64,000 nucleotides of DNA from Macrostomum hystrix (Eukaryota > Animalia > Platyhelminthes), in assembly GCA_950097015.1 (NCBI GenBank), contig CATNEN010000030.1:3534001-3598000 (forward strand). Direction: 5' to 3'. The position numbers were made by a program, and so were the translations under genes. Below, piece by piece: positions 62,350 to 64,000 of this stretch; the first letter of the stretch is position 1; every line of letters starts with the position of its first letter. The notes beneath the pieces were generated by a model, which did not search any database, was not told the origin of the DNA, and saw only the letters and a program-made list of their open reading frames with translations.

Positions 62350-62880
62350 AAAATCTTCCAATTCCTAGAATCTTTTGATTCCTAGAATCTTTTGATTCCT
62401 AGAATCTTTTGATTCCTAGAATCTTTTGATTCCTAGAATCTTTTGATTCCTAGAATCTTTTGATTCCTAGAATCTTTTGATTCCTAGAATCTTTTGATTC
62501 CTAGAATCTTTTGATTCCTAGAATCTTTTGATTCCTAGAATCTTTTGATTCCTAGAATCTTTTGATTCCTAGAATCTTTTGATTCCTAGAATCTTTTGAT
62601 TCCTAGACTCTTTTGATTCCTAGAATCTTTTGATTCCTAGAATCTTTTGATTCCTAGACTCTTTTGATTCCTAGAATCTTTTGATTCCTAGAATCTTTTG
62701 ATTCCTAGAATCTTTTGATTCCTAGAATCTTTTGATTCCTAGAATCTTTTGATTCCTAGAATCTTTTGATTCCTAGAATCTTTTGATTCCTAGAATCTTT
62801 TGATTCCTAGAATCTTTTGATTCCTAGAATCTTTTGATTCCTAGAATCTTTTGATTCCTAGAATCTTTTGATTCAGTCCT
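62350..62880. repeat. 17-bp repeat GATTCCTAGAATCTTTT
   Basis: Near-perfect array in the HHD-gene intron. Confidence 0.97.
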
Positions 62881-63083
62881 TGAATCTTCCGATTGATTCT
62901 AGGAGAGATATTTCCTAGAAAGATCCTAGAATCTTTCGAATTTGATGCAGTGTGTATCATCTAGTCGCACATACTTCAAAAAGCGCGAAGTTTCAGGATT
63001 TATTTCCTGTAGAATCAATTGAAATTTCACGTCGCATGCGTCGTTATAGCAATTCCGGAAAATCTTCTGATTTTTTTCTACAG

Positions 63084-63561
63084 AGATGCAAGTGGCAGCA
63101 GCCGAGTTCCACCGCCGCGGAGTCCGAGCCTGCGGCGGGCCGCCCACCAGCTGCTCAGCCGGGACGAATGCGCCACTTTCAAAGCCGCGCTGCGGGCTTT
63201 CCGCGAAACCACCACCGCCGAGCAGCTGGTGGACAGCCTGGCGCCCGTCATCGACTCGCCTAGGAAGCTGGGCCTGCTCCGCGACATCGCCCTGCTGCTG
63301 CCGGCAAGCCAGAGGGCCGATTTTGTCCGTCTGGCCAGGCGGCGCTTCCCCGGCTGCGAGCGCCTCTTGCCGCATGGCAACGGCGAGGCCGCCAGCTTTG
63401 GCGGCGAGCATGCCAAGTGCGAAAATCATGATGGCGACGGTGACTGGCCACCGGCTATAACGGATGAAAAGATCACACTAGCAGAGAGTGCGCACGTGCG
63501 GCGATTTAAGGGCGAGGTTGAGAGGCCCAGGGTGATTAAGCTCAATGCGGCTACGTTTCAG
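63084..63561 (+). CDS. Harmonin-homology domain (HHD / harmonin-N-like) exon, whirlin/delphilin/harmonin family
   Basis: ttttttctacag|A; LRRAAHQLLSRDECATFKAALRAFRETTTAEQLVDSLAPVIDSPRKLGLLRDIALLLPASQRADF resembles whirlin HNL (LLDSPVKRRLLPMLRLVIPRSDQLLF). Donor CAG|gtgatc, phase 0. Confidence 0.8.
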
Positions 63562-63645
63562 GTGATCAGTCTATAATCGATCGATGGTGGTATCTCTGTA
63601 GCCAGAGTTGGCTTCTGATATACTAAGTGGCCCTTTCACATTCAG

Positions 63646-64000
63646 GTGCGCTATCGGTCTCGACTAGCCTCCACATCATCAGCATCGCATTCAGCCTCTT
63701 CAACATCTGCAGCGTCAGTATCGATCTCAAACTCGTCTCAGGATTCGCCGCCGTTGCGTCTGCAGCATCAGGATCAGCAGCATCTGCAGCCGCCGCCGCC
63801 ATCGACTTCGACCAGCATCGGGGCACCGGGCCGTGCTAGAGCCGCCTCAGTCACCGGACTCCTTGGCCGACGTGATTCCACAGCCAGTGTCGGCGGCGGC
63901 TTCGGCGGCAGCATTGGATTCTTCGGCGGGCCGCAGGACAAAGGCTTCTGGGCTTTGAATAGCCCGCGCCGTGGACTTCAAGAACTTCGACGTCAGGAGA
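63646..64000 (+). CDS. Next exon of the HHD gene, Ser/Pro-rich, open to the window end
   Basis: cattcag|GTG CGC TAT; stop-free to position 64000 in phase 0 (VRYRSRLASTSSAS...). Confidence 0.7.
   Translation, partial: MRYRSRLASTSSASHSASSTSAASVSISNSSQDSPPLRLQHQDQQHLQPPPPSTSTSIGAPGRARAASVTGLLGRRDSTASVGGGFGGSIGFFGGPQDKGFWALNSPRRGLQELRRQE

Overview
Eukaryotic animal genomic DNA, not prokaryotic. GC-rich exons with poly-Ala/Gln/Gly runs sit in introns and spacers packed with minisatellites. This style resembles the flatworm Macrostomum lignano, which is an inference only. Four protein-coding genes can be supported by splice-phase-consistent exon models. (1) INPP1, inositol polyphosphate 1-phosphatase, + strand, 6 coding exons over 6453-20775, 401 aa. 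(2) A divergent transmembrane semaphorin, - strand, at least 6 exons over 42339-25196, with the first exon and one internal junction unresolved. (3) ZC3H10, a single-exon CCCH zinc-finger CDS, - strand, 48647-47544. (4) A harmonin-homology-domain protein of the whirlin/delphilin type, + strand, from about 61.3 kb and running off the window end. By manual tally about 40-45% of the window is more than 30 tandem arrays with units of 4-44 bp; most long ORFs in the supplied track are artefacts of these arrays. There are also two tRNA-derived SINE families (5 and 3 copies) and a two-copy dispersed repeat carrying CCAAT and TATA boxes. The most unusual observations are a SINE hairpin with a hammerhead-core-like motif, a duplicated hairpin built on tandem G.A mismatches inside (TTAG)n, and a small INPP1 intron that looks born from duplication of its own splice junction. 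No CRISPR array or prokaryotic system is present.
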